Assembly: GCA_030595325.1 (NCBI GenBank)
Contig: JAUVDN010000002.1
Coordinates: forward strand, 705-64,704
Length of the DNA stretch: 64,000 nucleotides
Direction of reading: 5' to 3'
Origin: Gammaproteobacteria bacterium
Lineage (GTDB): Bacteria > Pseudomonadota > Gammaproteobacteria > SZUA-229
The notes beneath the pieces were generated by a model. That model had not been told where the DNA came from. It worked only from the letters and a program-made list of their open reading frames with translations, and did no database searches. Of this stretch, positions 1-8,606 are shown one piece after another. A program made the position numbers and the translations under genes. Position 1 is the first letter of the stretch. Each line of letters opens with the position of its first letter.

Positions 1-521
1 GCCACAGCTACCTTGGTCATTTTTATTTTATCGGTGTTATCTCGCTTCATCTTCCATGCTGCACTGAGTCGTTTAGACTTCATTTGGCTTTCTTCAAAGG
101 CTCGGCTCATTATCACAATTGAAATGAATAATTCGTTTGTATTTAGGTTTTCATATTCATATTTCATGCCGTCTGAAAGTGTTACAATCGTTATTTGTTT
201 TTCAAGAATGGATAAAAAAAGTTTAAGAGCAGTGGGTACGCTTTGTCTTGATAGTCGGTCAAGATTTTCAACGATTAAATATGAGCCTGCGGAGATAACA
301 CCTGTTTCAATTGCTTGTAGAAAATCAGCCAATGCGCCTTGTTCAGCATTTTTTCCTTTGTATGCGCTAACGCCTTTATCATATAGCGAAAGAGATGTGT
401 CCATAATCAAATTGTTTTCCTTGCAATACAATTCAGACATTTCTTTTTGGCGTACGAGTGAGTTGCCTTTAATTTGTTCAGGTCTTGAAAACCTGATGTA
501 ACTATATGCTTTTATAGGCAT
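1..521 (-). mobile_element. Serine recombinase (resolvase/invertase-type catalytic domain), partial. The N-terminus is at 521 and the C-terminus lies beyond the window edge.
   Basis: Manual reverse-complement translation from the ATG at 521..519 gives MPIKAYSYIRFSRPEQIKGNSLVRQKE...GSYLIVENLDRLSRQ. This carries the conserved YxRxS..Q catalytic-serine motif and the LxVExLDRLSR motif of serine recombinases. It is not in the ORF track because the ORF runs off the window. Confidence 0.75.
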
Positions 522-546
522 TATTGACCTTTGTGATATTTATAAT

Positions 547-1599
547 ATGAGACCAGTCCATCTTCTAACCGTAATAGAAAAAGAGTTTTTAAGTGCTTCT
601 GAACATAAGGGGTTAATATACCACACCCCTGTGATGTTGTGGGGTGCGCCAGGTGTTGGCAAATCGCAGATGGTGGCTCAGGTTGCCGAACGGCAAAACA
701 CACCACTGATTGATATCCGTTTGTCACAGATGGAGCCCAGTGACCTGCGCGGCATTCCATTTAAAGTAGGTGATACTGTCGAATGGGCAGTGCCTGCGAT
801 GTTACCTAATGCAGAGCGTCACGGTAACAACGGTATTTTATTTCTCGACGAAATTACGTCAGCTCCGCCCAGTGTGTCAGCTGCTGCGTATCAATTAATT
901 CTTGATAGAAAACTAGGTGAGTATGAAGTACCTGATGGCTGGGCGATTATTGCTGCAGGTAACAGGCAGGGTGATCGTGGTGTGACCTACAGCATGCCCG
1001 CACCGTTAGCGAACCGTTTCTCGCATTATGAAGTTGATATCAATCTGGATGACTGGGTTGCATGGGCTTATGCTAATGGCATCGACGAACGTGTTATTGC
1101 CTTTTTGCGTTTTCGTCAGGATCTATTGTTTGAGTTCGACGCATCGCAAAATCCAGTGGCGTTTCCTTCACCGCGTTCGTGGGAATTTGCACATCGTGCA
1201 TTACATAAATTTGAAGACTACCCTGAACTGTTTTCAGGTGCATTACAGGCCTGTGTAGGAAAAGCGGCCGGAATCGAACTGGCGGCATTTATCGCCAGTC
1301 TGGATCAGTTGCCGGATCTTGACGCTATCATCAAAGGCGAAGAAGTTGATACACCCAAAGAAATCGATTTACAGTATGCGGTAGCAACTGCGTTGGTTGG
1401 TCGTGCTATCCGTGCCAAAGATACGGATGATGCGATGAAGGTTCACGGAAATATTTTAACTTACGCCAACCGTTTCCCGCAGCGTGAAATGGGTGTGATG
1501 ATGGTTTCAGATATGCATCGTGCTATTGGACAGGATATTTTTTCAGTGCCGGAGTTTGCCAGTTGGGCTGACAAGATTGCTGACTTGATGCTTTATTAA
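547..1599 (+). CDS. MoxR-family AAA+ ATPase (AAA_5-like)
   Basis: Walker A GAPGVGKS and Walker B ILFLDEI are present. The size (350 aa) and single AAA+ module are typical of MoxR/RavA/CbbQ-type ATPases that pair with VWA proteins. Confidence 0.8.
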   Translation: MRPVHLLTVIEKEFLSASEHKGLIYHTPVMLWGAPGVGKSQMVAQVAERQNTPLIDIRLSQMEPSDLRGIPFKVGDTVEWAVPAMLPNAERHGNNGILFLDEITSAPPSVSAAAYQLILDRKLGEYEVPDGWAIIAAGNRQGDRGVTYSMPAPLANRFSHYEVDINLDDWVAWAYANGIDERVIAFLRFRQDLLFEFDASQNPVAFPSPRSWEFAHRALHKFEDYPELFSGALQACVGKAAGIELAAFIASLDQLPDLDAIIKGEEVDTPKEIDLQYAVATALVGRAIRAKDTDDAMKVHGNILTYANRFPQREMGVMMVSDMHRAIGQDIFSVPEFASWADKIADLMLY

Positions 1600-1603
1600 A
1601 GCA

Positions 1604-1695
1604 ATGAATAACGAATAATGAATAGTGAATAATTAGAAGCTAAAAATATGGTTTATTCTCTCAGCATTATTCAGTATTCAGTATTCAGTATTCAT
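1604..1695. repeat. Palindromic element. Left arm AATGAATAACGAATAATGAATAGTGAATAATT and right arm its near-exact reverse complement (ATTATTCAGTATTCAGTATTCAGTATTCATT), about 30 bp apart, between the ATPase and VWA genes.
   Basis: Seen by direct reading. Members of the same heptamer (TGAATAA) family recur at 10522..10658 and 11318..11342. Confidence 0.8.
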
Positions 1696-1704
1696 TAAGC
1701 TGTT

Positions 1705-2964
1705 ATGTCTAGCTTCCCCGATGTTGAACAAAAACTTGCTGCAGCCAGAATACGTTTAATTCTGGACAAGCCTTTTCTAGGCGCGCTGGTTTTACGACTA
1801 CCGATGGTGGCCGGTGATTCCAAATGGTGTGAGTCAACCTTCAGTGACGGTAAAACATTTTATTACAATCACGATTACATCGATGCTCTTGATCAAGAGC
1901 AGACGCAATTTGCGCTTTCACATGAAGCGCTGCATTGTGCACTTTCACATTTTCATCGCCGTGGCCATCGGGTAAAACACCGTTGGGACCTGGCCTGCGA
2001 TTATGCGGTTAACCCTCTATTAATAAATGATGGCTTAAAGCCGACACCCGATGCCATGCACCTTCGCGAATATGAGGGTATGACGGCGGAAGAAATCTAC
2101 CCTTGTCTCGAAGATAATGATAATGATGGCGAACGGGATTTAGAAAGTAAAAAGCAATCTGATAATGCTGATAGTGATGATGAACAATCAAGTCAGGGCA
2201 ATGGCGGTGGTGGCAAGGAAAAGGAAAAACAAAACGACGAGCAGAGTGAAGGTCAGGGCGAACAGGATAAAGATCAGGATGATGCGGGTAAGGGTGGCTC
2301 AACGCCGCAACCAGCAGGATTGTCTCAGCAAGAAGAGGATGAGTTAAGTCTGCAATGGGAGCAACGTCTGGCAGGCGCTGCACAACAGGCATTACAGTCA
2401 GGTAAGTTAGAAGGTGAAATGGCTAGAATGGTTGATCATCTGCTGCAGCCAAAACTACCCTGGCGCATGTTGCTTGCACGTTATATGTCAGCCACCGCCA
2501 GGGAAGATTACAGTTATACAAGACCTTCATCACGCCGTGGAGATCCGGCGGTTTATCCGAGTATGCGTAGCAACGAGACTAATATCGTTGTTGCTGTTGA
2601 TACCAGCGGTTCGATAGACCAGGAAGAAATCGAAGAATTTATTTCAGAGATCGATGCAATAAAAAGTCAGGTGCGTGCCAGTGTTACGCTGCTTACTTGT
2701 GATTCAAAATTAAATTATGGTTGTCCCTGGTTTTTTGAGGCATGGGATCAGTTTCAGTTTGACGTGGAGATTCGTGGCGGTGGTGGCACAAACTTTAAAC
2801 CAGTTTTTGAGTGGGTCGAAAAGCAGGATAAAGCACCAGATTTACTGGTTTATTTTACTGATGCAGATGGTGTGTTTCCAGAAGTTGAACCAAATTTCCC
2901 TGTGACATGGTTGGTCAAGGGTAAATCAAAAGTGCCTTTCGGTGTAAGGGTTCAGTTAAATTAG
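1705..2964 (+). CDS. VWA-domain protein with N-terminal zincin-like metallopeptidase motif (DUF2201/COG3864-like partner of MoxR ATPases)
   Basis: There is an HExxH motif (SHEALHCALSH). A long acidic, Gly-rich low-complexity linker follows. The C-terminal domain carries a MIDAS-like DxSGS motif (VAVDTSGSI). The stop codon abuts the next gene start (2964/2965). Confidence 0.7.
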   Translation: MSSFPDVEQKLAAARIRLILDKPFLGALVLRLPMVAGDSKWCESTFSDGKTFYYNHDYIDALDQEQTQFALSHEALHCALSHFHRRGHRVKHRWDLACDYAVNPLLINDGLKPTPDAMHLREYEGMTAEEIYPCLEDNDNDGERDLESKKQSDNADSDDEQSSQGNGGGGKEKEKQNDEQSEGQGEQDKDQDDAGKGGSTPQPAGLSQQEEDELSLQWEQRLAGAAQQALQSGKLEGEMARMVDHLLQPKLPWRMLLARYMSATAREDYSYTRPSSRRGDPAVYPSMRSNETNIVVAVDTSGSIDQEEIEEFISEIDAIKSQVRASVTLLTCDSKLNYGCPWFFEAWDQFQFDVEIRGGGGTNFKPVFEWVEKQDKAPDLLVYFTDADGVFPEVEPNFPVTWLVKGKSKVPFGVRVQLN

Positions 2965-4089
2965 ATGGCACTTTCAGCAGAAGATAACTTACGTCTAAAC
3001 GTTTTGCTTGCGCAAGAGCTTTATGCTGTGCGTATCGATGAATCAAAGATGATTGTCTACGCATTAACCGCTAAAGGTGAGGCAAAGGTTCCTCTCAATG
3101 CGATAGGTAAAGACGATCCTTATTTAAAAGAGATTAAAGCATTATTTAGTACCCATGTAATGGGATCTCCTGGCGGTTATCCTGTCTATCTGAAGCGATG
3201 GACACGTATGGGGCAGGCGCGTGATGATAGTCTCGCGCAATTGTTATTGCTCGGCGAGCCTGAAGCAGTTGTGGCAGCAGTGCATGCACCAGGCTTAACT
3301 GATGAGATGGCAGCGCGAGCTTGGTGGGCAATGCCAACGTCAGAAAATGCAAGACGCATGTTGGAGAAACAAGCTGTCGTCGAAGGCGAGACGGGAAAAG
3401 TGCTAGCGGAATTCTTACTGGAGTTCTTACCGTTTGAAGAAGAGCAGAGTGATATGATTGATTCTGTTCGACTTGTGTTGCAGCCAGGGCTCATCAGTCA
3501 GCAAGAGAAAGATAAACTCTGGAAAAAAACAAAATCAAAGCGAAGTTTCTATGTTGGTTTTTTACATGCTGCAGCAGATGATCTACCGATTGATGTGGCT
3601 GCTCATGCTGATTATGAAACGGTTAAAGAGAAACTGCTTTCTTTAATCGAGAAAGAAAATCCATATGCAATAATGTTGGAAAAAGTATTAAGTGAAAATG
3701 GTCAGGCTTTTGTCCAAACAGTAGAAGATGCAATTAAGAAGCCGGGTAATCAGGATGTTGTGGTTTCGTTATTGTCCGCTGTAGCGAAATATTTTGAAAG
3801 TATTGTTCCAGATGTATTTACAGAGGATGACGTTGAAATTATCCGTACTGAAGCTAATGCGTTATGTTGTGGTGATAATGAATCTCTTAACGAAGTACTT
3901 GCCGTGCTTAATGATTCAAATGATAAAGTTCAGGATTATCTCTGCGCCATGACTGTATTGGCTTGTTTGAGTGTCAAACTGGTTAATCCTATCTTTGCTC
4001 GTACTGATGCTATTGGTACAGTGATGCGTAAAAAAATAAAACCGGTAACAGATCCTATACTAGAACAACTCCAAATACTGCGTAACTAA
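2965..4089 (+). CDS. Hypothetical protein (374 aa), third gene of the MoxR-VWA cassette
   Basis: The ORF starts immediately after the VWA gene stop with no gap. The protein is predicted alpha-helical and has no motif I recognise. Confidence 0.55.
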   Translation: MALSAEDNLRLNVLLAQELYAVRIDESKMIVYALTAKGEAKVPLNAIGKDDPYLKEIKALFSTHVMGSPGGYPVYLKRWTRMGQARDDSLAQLLLLGEPEAVVAAVHAPGLTDEMAARAWWAMPTSENARRMLEKQAVVEGETGKVLAEFLLEFLPFEEEQSDMIDSVRLVLQPGLISQQEKDKLWKKTKSKRSFYVGFLHAAADDLPIDVAAHADYETVKEKLLSLIEKENPYAIMLEKVLSENGQAFVQTVEDAIKKPGNQDVVVSLLSAVAKYFESIVPDVFTEDDVEIIRTEANALCCGDNESLNEVLAVLNDSNDKVQDYLCAMTVLACLSVKLVNPIFARTDAIGTVMRKKIKPVTDPILEQLQILRN

Positions 4090-4098
4090 AATTTAAGT

Positions 4099-4638
4099 AT
4101 GCGATTTGATAAAGTACTTATTATCATTGATGTGCAATTGAAGGCCGATCAATTACAGCAATATTTGCCCTGTTCAGTAAATATTATCGGTAGAACATTG
4201 GCTGCGATTGCTGATGAATACGAAAAAGAAAACAAAACCGGTTACTACCCTGCAATTGATTTCTTTAAGAAGCTGGATAGCGTTGATCCTGATTTAATTG
4301 CATCAGCAGAACAGGTGGCATGGCTGGTGGCAAAGTTGGCACGTGAAACCATCCAGTTAAAATTACGTCCTATCTTTTCATCTGTGCAAATTCAATCGAT
4401 TCAGACGCTTGCGTTTTCTTTGCCTAAGATCCGTCCAAACAAAGCAGATGCTATTGATCAGCTTGCAAAGCATTACACGCCAGACAGTGTGAAAATAGAA
4501 CTTGTGCTTACTATGATGCGTCGTGATTCAGAATCAGAAGACAATCGTGCTGTGTTGTACGCAAGAAAGATGATGTTTCGTTGGTTGGAGTCAGAATTTG
4601 AAATGATTGAGGTGACTAGCTCTAAGTCTTTGCAGTGA
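4099..4638 (+). CDS. Hypothetical protein (179 aa), fourth gene of the MoxR-VWA cassette
   Basis: There is a 9-bp gap after the previous gene on the same strand. No recognisable motif. Confidence 0.5.
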   Translation: MRFDKVLIIIDVQLKADQLQQYLPCSVNIIGRTLAAIADEYEKENKTGYYPAIDFFKKLDSVDPDLIASAEQVAWLVAKLARETIQLKLRPIFSSVQIQSIQTLAFSLPKIRPNKADAIDQLAKHYTPDSVKIELVLTMMRRDSESEDNRAVLYARKMMFRWLESEFEMIEVTSSKSLQ

Positions 4639-4649
4639 ATTTAATATTA

Positions 4650-4991
4650 TTAAAGCAGTAACTTATATTCATCGTCTTTAAAACCAATCAGTATTGCATT
4701 TCCACTTTCGAGTACGGGACGTTTTATCGCGCTTGGGTTTTCCAGCATAACTTTTATCGCTGACTTTTCATCAATGTTGTTTTTGATGTCGTCACCAAGT
4801 TTTCGCCAGGTGGTTCCGCGTTTATTTAGTACGATTTCCCAACCCGCTTTTTGAATCCATTGTTTCAGGCATTTCTCAGGCACGCCCAGCTTTTTATAAT
4901 CGTGGAATTCGTATTTCAGATTATTGTTATCTAACCACTTGCGAGCTTTCTTCATGGTGTCGCAATTAGGAATGCCGTATATTTTAATCAT
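4650..4991 (-). CDS. yffB: ArsC/Spx-family protein YffB
   Basis: MIKIYGIPNCDTMKKARKWL...RGTTWRKL aligns closely with E. coli YffB (MIKVYGIPNCSTVKKARQWL...RGTTWRKL). The track ORF extends to 5015 (MCDIKQNT upstream), but the homology-supported start is the second Met. Confidence 0.8.
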   Translation of the reverse strand: MIKIYGIPNCDTMKKARKWLDNNNLKYEFHDYKKLGVPEKCLKQWIQKAGWEIVLNKRGTTWRKLGDDIKNNIDEKSAIKVMLENPSAIKRPVLESGNAILIGFKDDEYKLLL

Positions 4992-5018
4992 AGTATTCTG
5001 CTTTATATCACACATAAA

Positions 5019-5041
5019 CCCCTCTCCCTATGGGAGAGGGG
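5019..5041 (-). terminator. GC-rich perfect palindrome (CCCCTCTCCC-TAT-GGGAGAGGGG) between the dapD stop and the yffB start. Putative intrinsic terminator or attenuator hairpin.
   Basis: A 10-bp perfect inverted repeat with a 3-nt loop. It sits 21 nt downstream of dapD on the minus strand and is followed by TTTATGTGTG. Confidence 0.4.
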
Positions 5042-5061
5042 CGGGGTGAGGGTATGATTAT

Positions 5062-5886
5062 TTAATCAATATCACGCAGTAATTCATTTAAGCCAGTCTT
5101 ACCACGAGTTTTTTCATCTACCTGTTTAACGATTACTGCGCAGTAAAGACTGTATGTACCGTCTTTGGATGGTAGGTTACCGGATACAACAACAGAGCCG
5201 GCTGGTATGCGACCGTATGAAATTTCACCGGTCATACGATTAAATATTTTTGTGCTTTGGCCGATGTAGACACCCATTGATATAACAGAGCCTTCTTCAA
5301 CGATAACACCTTCTACAACTTCTGAGCGTGCACCGATGAAACAGTTGTCTTCAATAATAGTTGGAGAGGCCTGTAGTGGTTCTAAAACGCCACCAATGCC
5401 AACACCGCCAGAGAGGTGAACGTTTTTACCTATCTGTGCACATGAGCCGACTGTTGCCCAGGTATCGACCATAGTGCCGGTATCAACGTAAGCACCAATG
5501 TTTACGTATGACGGCATCAGTACTACGCTTGGCGCAACATAAGAACCAAAGCGAGCTGTTGCTGGTGGTACCACGCGGACACCTGATTCACGAAATTCTT
5601 TTGTGTTTAGGTCGGCAAATTTGGAATTAACTTTGTCGTAGTAATTGGTGAAGCCGCCTTTGATAAATTCGTTATCATTGATGCGGAAAGAAAGCAACAC
5701 TGCTTTTTTCAACCATTCATTGACTACCCAGTCGCCATCAATTTTTTCAGCGACACGTGCTTCACCTGAATCGAGTAAGTTTACCGCCTGTGTAACAGCA
5801 TCAGAGATGTGTGTTTCTACGTTACGTGGTGTGATATCGGCGCGGCGTTCGAATGCTTCTTCTATTATGCTTTTTAATTCAGACAT
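5062..5886 (-). CDS. dapD: 2,3,4,5-tetrahydropyridine-2,6-dicarboxylate N-succinyltransferase
   Basis: 274 aa, near-collinear with E. coli DapD (for example [47 protein letters not shown]). Confidence 0.92.
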   Translation of the reverse strand: MSELKSIIEEAFERRADITPRNVETHISDAVTQAVNLLDSGEARVAEKIDGDWVVNEWLKKAVLLSFRINDNEFIKGGFTNYYDKVNSKFADLNTKEFRESGVRVVPPATARFGSYVAPSVVLMPSYVNIGAYVDTGTMVDTWATVGSCAQIGKNVHLSGGVGIGGVLEPLQASPTIIEDNCFIGARSEVVEGVIVEEGSVISMGVYIGQSTKIFNRMTGEISYGRIPAGSVVVSGNLPSKDGTYSLYCAVIVKQVDEKTRGKTGLNELLRDID

Positions 5887-5927
5887 GGTGTGTTCTCCAA
5901 AAAATGTTTGTTTCTAATTGATTATTT

Positions 5928-7148
5928 CTAATTGTTTGTGTTTAATGTTTGTATGTATTCTTTAATTCGATTGGCAGCGGTAATGCACTCATCTAATGGC
6001 GCAACCAATGCAAGACGGACGTGATTTTTTCCAGGGTTTATACCATCGCTTTCACGGGATAGGTAACTGCCTGGTAGTACGGTGACGTTTTGTTGTGCAA
6101 ACAAATCTTTAGCAAAATTTTCATCATCGATGGGTGTGTTTAACCATAGGTAAAAACCAGCATCTGGCAGTGTTACGTTGATGACCGGTTTTAATATTTC
6201 AATGACAGCATCAAACTTTTTAACGTAAAGTTCTCGGTTGTGTTTGACGTGTGTTTCATCATTCCATGCTTCTATGCTGGCGATTTGGTGCACAGGTGGC
6301 ATGGCACACCCGTGATACGTGCGGTAGAGCACATATGATTTAATCAGATTTTCATCACCGGCAACAAAACCTGAGCGCATACCGGGAAGGTTTGAGCGTT
6401 TCGATAAACTATGAAACACGATGCAGTTTTCAAAAGATTTGTTGCCGTATTCTTCAGCGGCTTCTAATAGTCCTGCTGGAGGGTTGCTTTCATCAAAGTA
6501 AATCTCTGAATAACATTCATCAGAGACGATAGTGAAATTGTGTTTTAGTGCGAGAGCTATCAGCTTTTTGAGTTGCTGTTTTGAGATAACACTACCAGTA
6601 GGATTACCCGGTGTGCAGATGTAGATAATCTGACAGCTATCCCAGGTGCTCTCTTCAATCGCATCAAAATCGGGCAAATAATTATTTTCTTTTTCTGTGT
6701 TGTAGAAATAAGGTTCGGCTCCTGATAGAAAGGCAGCTCCCTCATATATTTGATAAAAAGGGTTCGGCATTAATACCAGTGCACCATCAGAGCGATTGAC
6801 CATGCATTGAGCGAAGGAAAATAATGCTTCACGTGTGCCTGTTACGGGTAGGATGTTTGTTTCAGCATCGAGCGCGTCTGCCGCTAATTTAAATCGACGT
6901 GTTAACCAGTTAGCGATAGCTAATCGTAATTCCAGACTGCCTTTTGTAAGCGGGTAGCGATTAATCTGGTTCAGATTGTTGGTAATAGATTCCAGTACAA
7001 ATTTTGGTGCGTCATGTTTAGGTTCGCCGATAGAGAGTGCGATGTGACCTTCGATAGCCGGTTGACCATTTTCTAGCTGGCAGCTTGCTTTTAAAGCGTT
7101 GAGCTTTTCAAACGGGTAGGGTTGAAGTTTTTGTAAATCTGGATTCAT
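5928..7148 (-). CDS. dapC: Class I aminotransferase, DapC-type succinyldiaminopimelate transaminase
   Basis: 406 aa fold-type I aminotransferase with an N-terminal LQPYPFEKL motif. It lies immediately upstream of dapD, as in beta- and gammaproteobacterial dapC-dapD operons. Confidence 0.65.
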   Translation of the reverse strand: MNPDLQKLQPYPFEKLNALKASCQLENGQPAIEGHIALSIGEPKHDAPKFVLESITNNLNQINRYPLTKGSLELRLAIANWLTRRFKLAADALDAETNILPVTGTREALFSFAQCMVNRSDGALVLMPNPFYQIYEGAAFLSGAEPYFYNTEKENNYLPDFDAIEESTWDSCQIIYICTPGNPTGSVISKQQLKKLIALALKHNFTIVSDECYSEIYFDESNPPAGLLEAAEEYGNKSFENCIVFHSLSKRSNLPGMRSGFVAGDENLIKSYVLYRTYHGCAMPPVHQIASIEAWNDETHVKHNRELYVKKFDAVIEILKPVINVTLPDAGFYLWLNTPIDDENFAKDLFAQQNVTVLPGSYLSRESDGINPGKNHVRLALVAPLDECITAANRIKEYIQTLNTNN

Positions 7149-7319
7149 TTCGGGGTCGATAATTTATCTTGTGTGGTGCTATACAATGGTAATCATAAAC
7201 GTTGACTACAAATGGTGACTACAAACAGTAATCGCTAACTGAATAGCTGTGGGCTAAGTTGCACAATGTAGCAGGGGCGGTATTATAAGCGATTTATCAT
7301 ATTCCTTCAGGGGTAATCT

Positions 7320-7706
7320 ATGCCGCAAGATAGTCTGCCGCTAATTAAGGCACTTGATCACTGCAGTCTAATCGTCAACAGCACCAGTAAAGCACTTGAG
7401 TTTTATGTGGGAATATTGAACTTAGAAGTCGACGATGCACGCCCCGACCTTGGTTATCCCGGGGTCTGGTTGAAAGTAGGTGAGAGTCAAATACATTTGT
7501 TAGAGCTACCTAATCCAGATTCTGTTGATGACAGGCCTGAACATGGTGGTCGTGATCATCATGTAGCTTTACAGGTGGTAGATTTAAATATTCTTATCCA
7601 ACGGCTTAAAGCGGCGAATATAAGGTATACGAAAAGTAAATCGGGTCGTGAAGCTTTATTTTGTCGAGACTATGATGGTAATGCCATTGAGCTTCTAGAG
7701 CGCTAA
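7320..7706 (+). CDS. VOC (glyoxalase/bleomycin-resistance) family protein
   Basis: 128 aa. The pattern LDHCSLIV...ALEFY..ILNLEV is typical of a VOC fold. Confidence 0.6.
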   Translation: MPQDSLPLIKALDHCSLIVNSTSKALEFYVGILNLEVDDARPDLGYPGVWLKVGESQIHLLELPNPDSVDDRPEHGGRDHHVALQVVDLNILIQRLKAANIRYTKSKSGREALFCRDYDGNAIELLER

Positions 7707-7811
7707 ATTAATGTAACCTATTGATATACATATTATATATATTAATTGAATGCTGTTCTTGGCGAGTAATAATTGACATTTAGTGCAATCTATATTAGAA
7801 TCAACTAATAT

Positions 7812-8507
7812 ATGAAAAACTTAATATTCAAAACATTACAGCTTACTCTGTTAGGAGTGATGCTTTATATCCCCGCACTAGCATTTGCCGAAGATGAGGA
7901 TGTTTGTGCGCCATTAAAAGGTGCACAGATAGATCAGAACATATTAGCAGTAATGCTTAAAGCTGCTGATGATGGTGGTCTGTATCGTATTCAACCCGAT
8001 TCGTCAAAAATGGGGTTTTGTATAAATAGTCCGGTAGGTAAAGTCGAAGCAGAATTTCATCGTTTTAACGGTGGTTTGGCATTAAAAGAGTTTAATGCGC
8101 AAAGTCCATCTTCGAAATCAAGTGTTTCGCAAGGCAGTGTAGTCGTCAGAATTGCGGTTGATAGTCTGGAAACAGACTCGATGGTTATTGAGTCCATGTT
8201 AAAAAGTGAAAGCTTTTTTGATAGTGAGAAATACCCGGATATCATATTTGTTAGTACAGAGATTGAATGGATAAGTGATAAAAAAGCCATCTTTAAAGGT
8301 GACTTGACCATGCGCGGTATTACTAAAAAAGTTGCTTTTTACGTTGATCTGAAAAAAGTAAAAACACCGCAGGGTGAAGATGTGGTTACAGTCAAAGCGA
8401 CAACAACTATCCAGCGCTCACAGTTTGATATGTTTACACTTTCACCGTTAGTTGATGACCGCGTGAACCTGTGCATGACTATTGATGCTTATCGTTATAA
8501 AGCCTGA
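7812..8507 (+). CDS. YceI-like periplasmic protein
   Basis: An N-terminal signal peptide is followed by YceI-like motifs (SESFFDSEKYPDIIFVST and GDLTMRGITKKV). Confidence 0.55.
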   Translation: MKNLIFKTLQLTLLGVMLYIPALAFAEDEDVCAPLKGAQIDQNILAVMLKAADDGGLYRIQPDSSKMGFCINSPVGKVEAEFHRFNGGLALKEFNAQSPSSKSSVSQGSVVVRIAVDSLETDSMVIESMLKSESFFDSEKYPDIIFVSTEIEWISDKKAIFKGDLTMRGITKKVAFYVDLKKVKTPQGEDVVTVKATTTIQRSQFDMFTLSPLVDDRVNLCMTIDAYRYKA

Positions 8508-8606
8508 GTATTATTGCTTTGGCTGTAGTTATTTGAGTGTTGCTATTTGAGTGCTACTAATGGTGCATGATACTAAGCATCGCTACTATAGTCCTTTCTC
8601 TCTGAC

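Noticed and set aside
13-501. 162-aa plus-strand ORF at the window start
   Set aside because: Low-complexity, odd composition (FILSVLSRFIFHAALSRL…). It lies exactly antisense to the well-supported serine recombinase reading frame and is a shadow ORF.
1604-1695. Interpretation of the GAATAAT heptamer arms as Fur boxes
   Set aside because: The Fur consensus is built of GATAAT hexamers (GATAATGATAATCATTATC). The extra base per unit here breaks the register, and no iron-related genes flank any copy. It is kept only as a generic operator or MITE hypothesis.
4992-5015. Extended N-terminus (MCDIKQNT) of the yffB ORF
   Set aside because: The homologous E. coli YffB begins at the position of the second Met (MIKVYGIPNC). 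The first 8 codons are probably untranslated leader.
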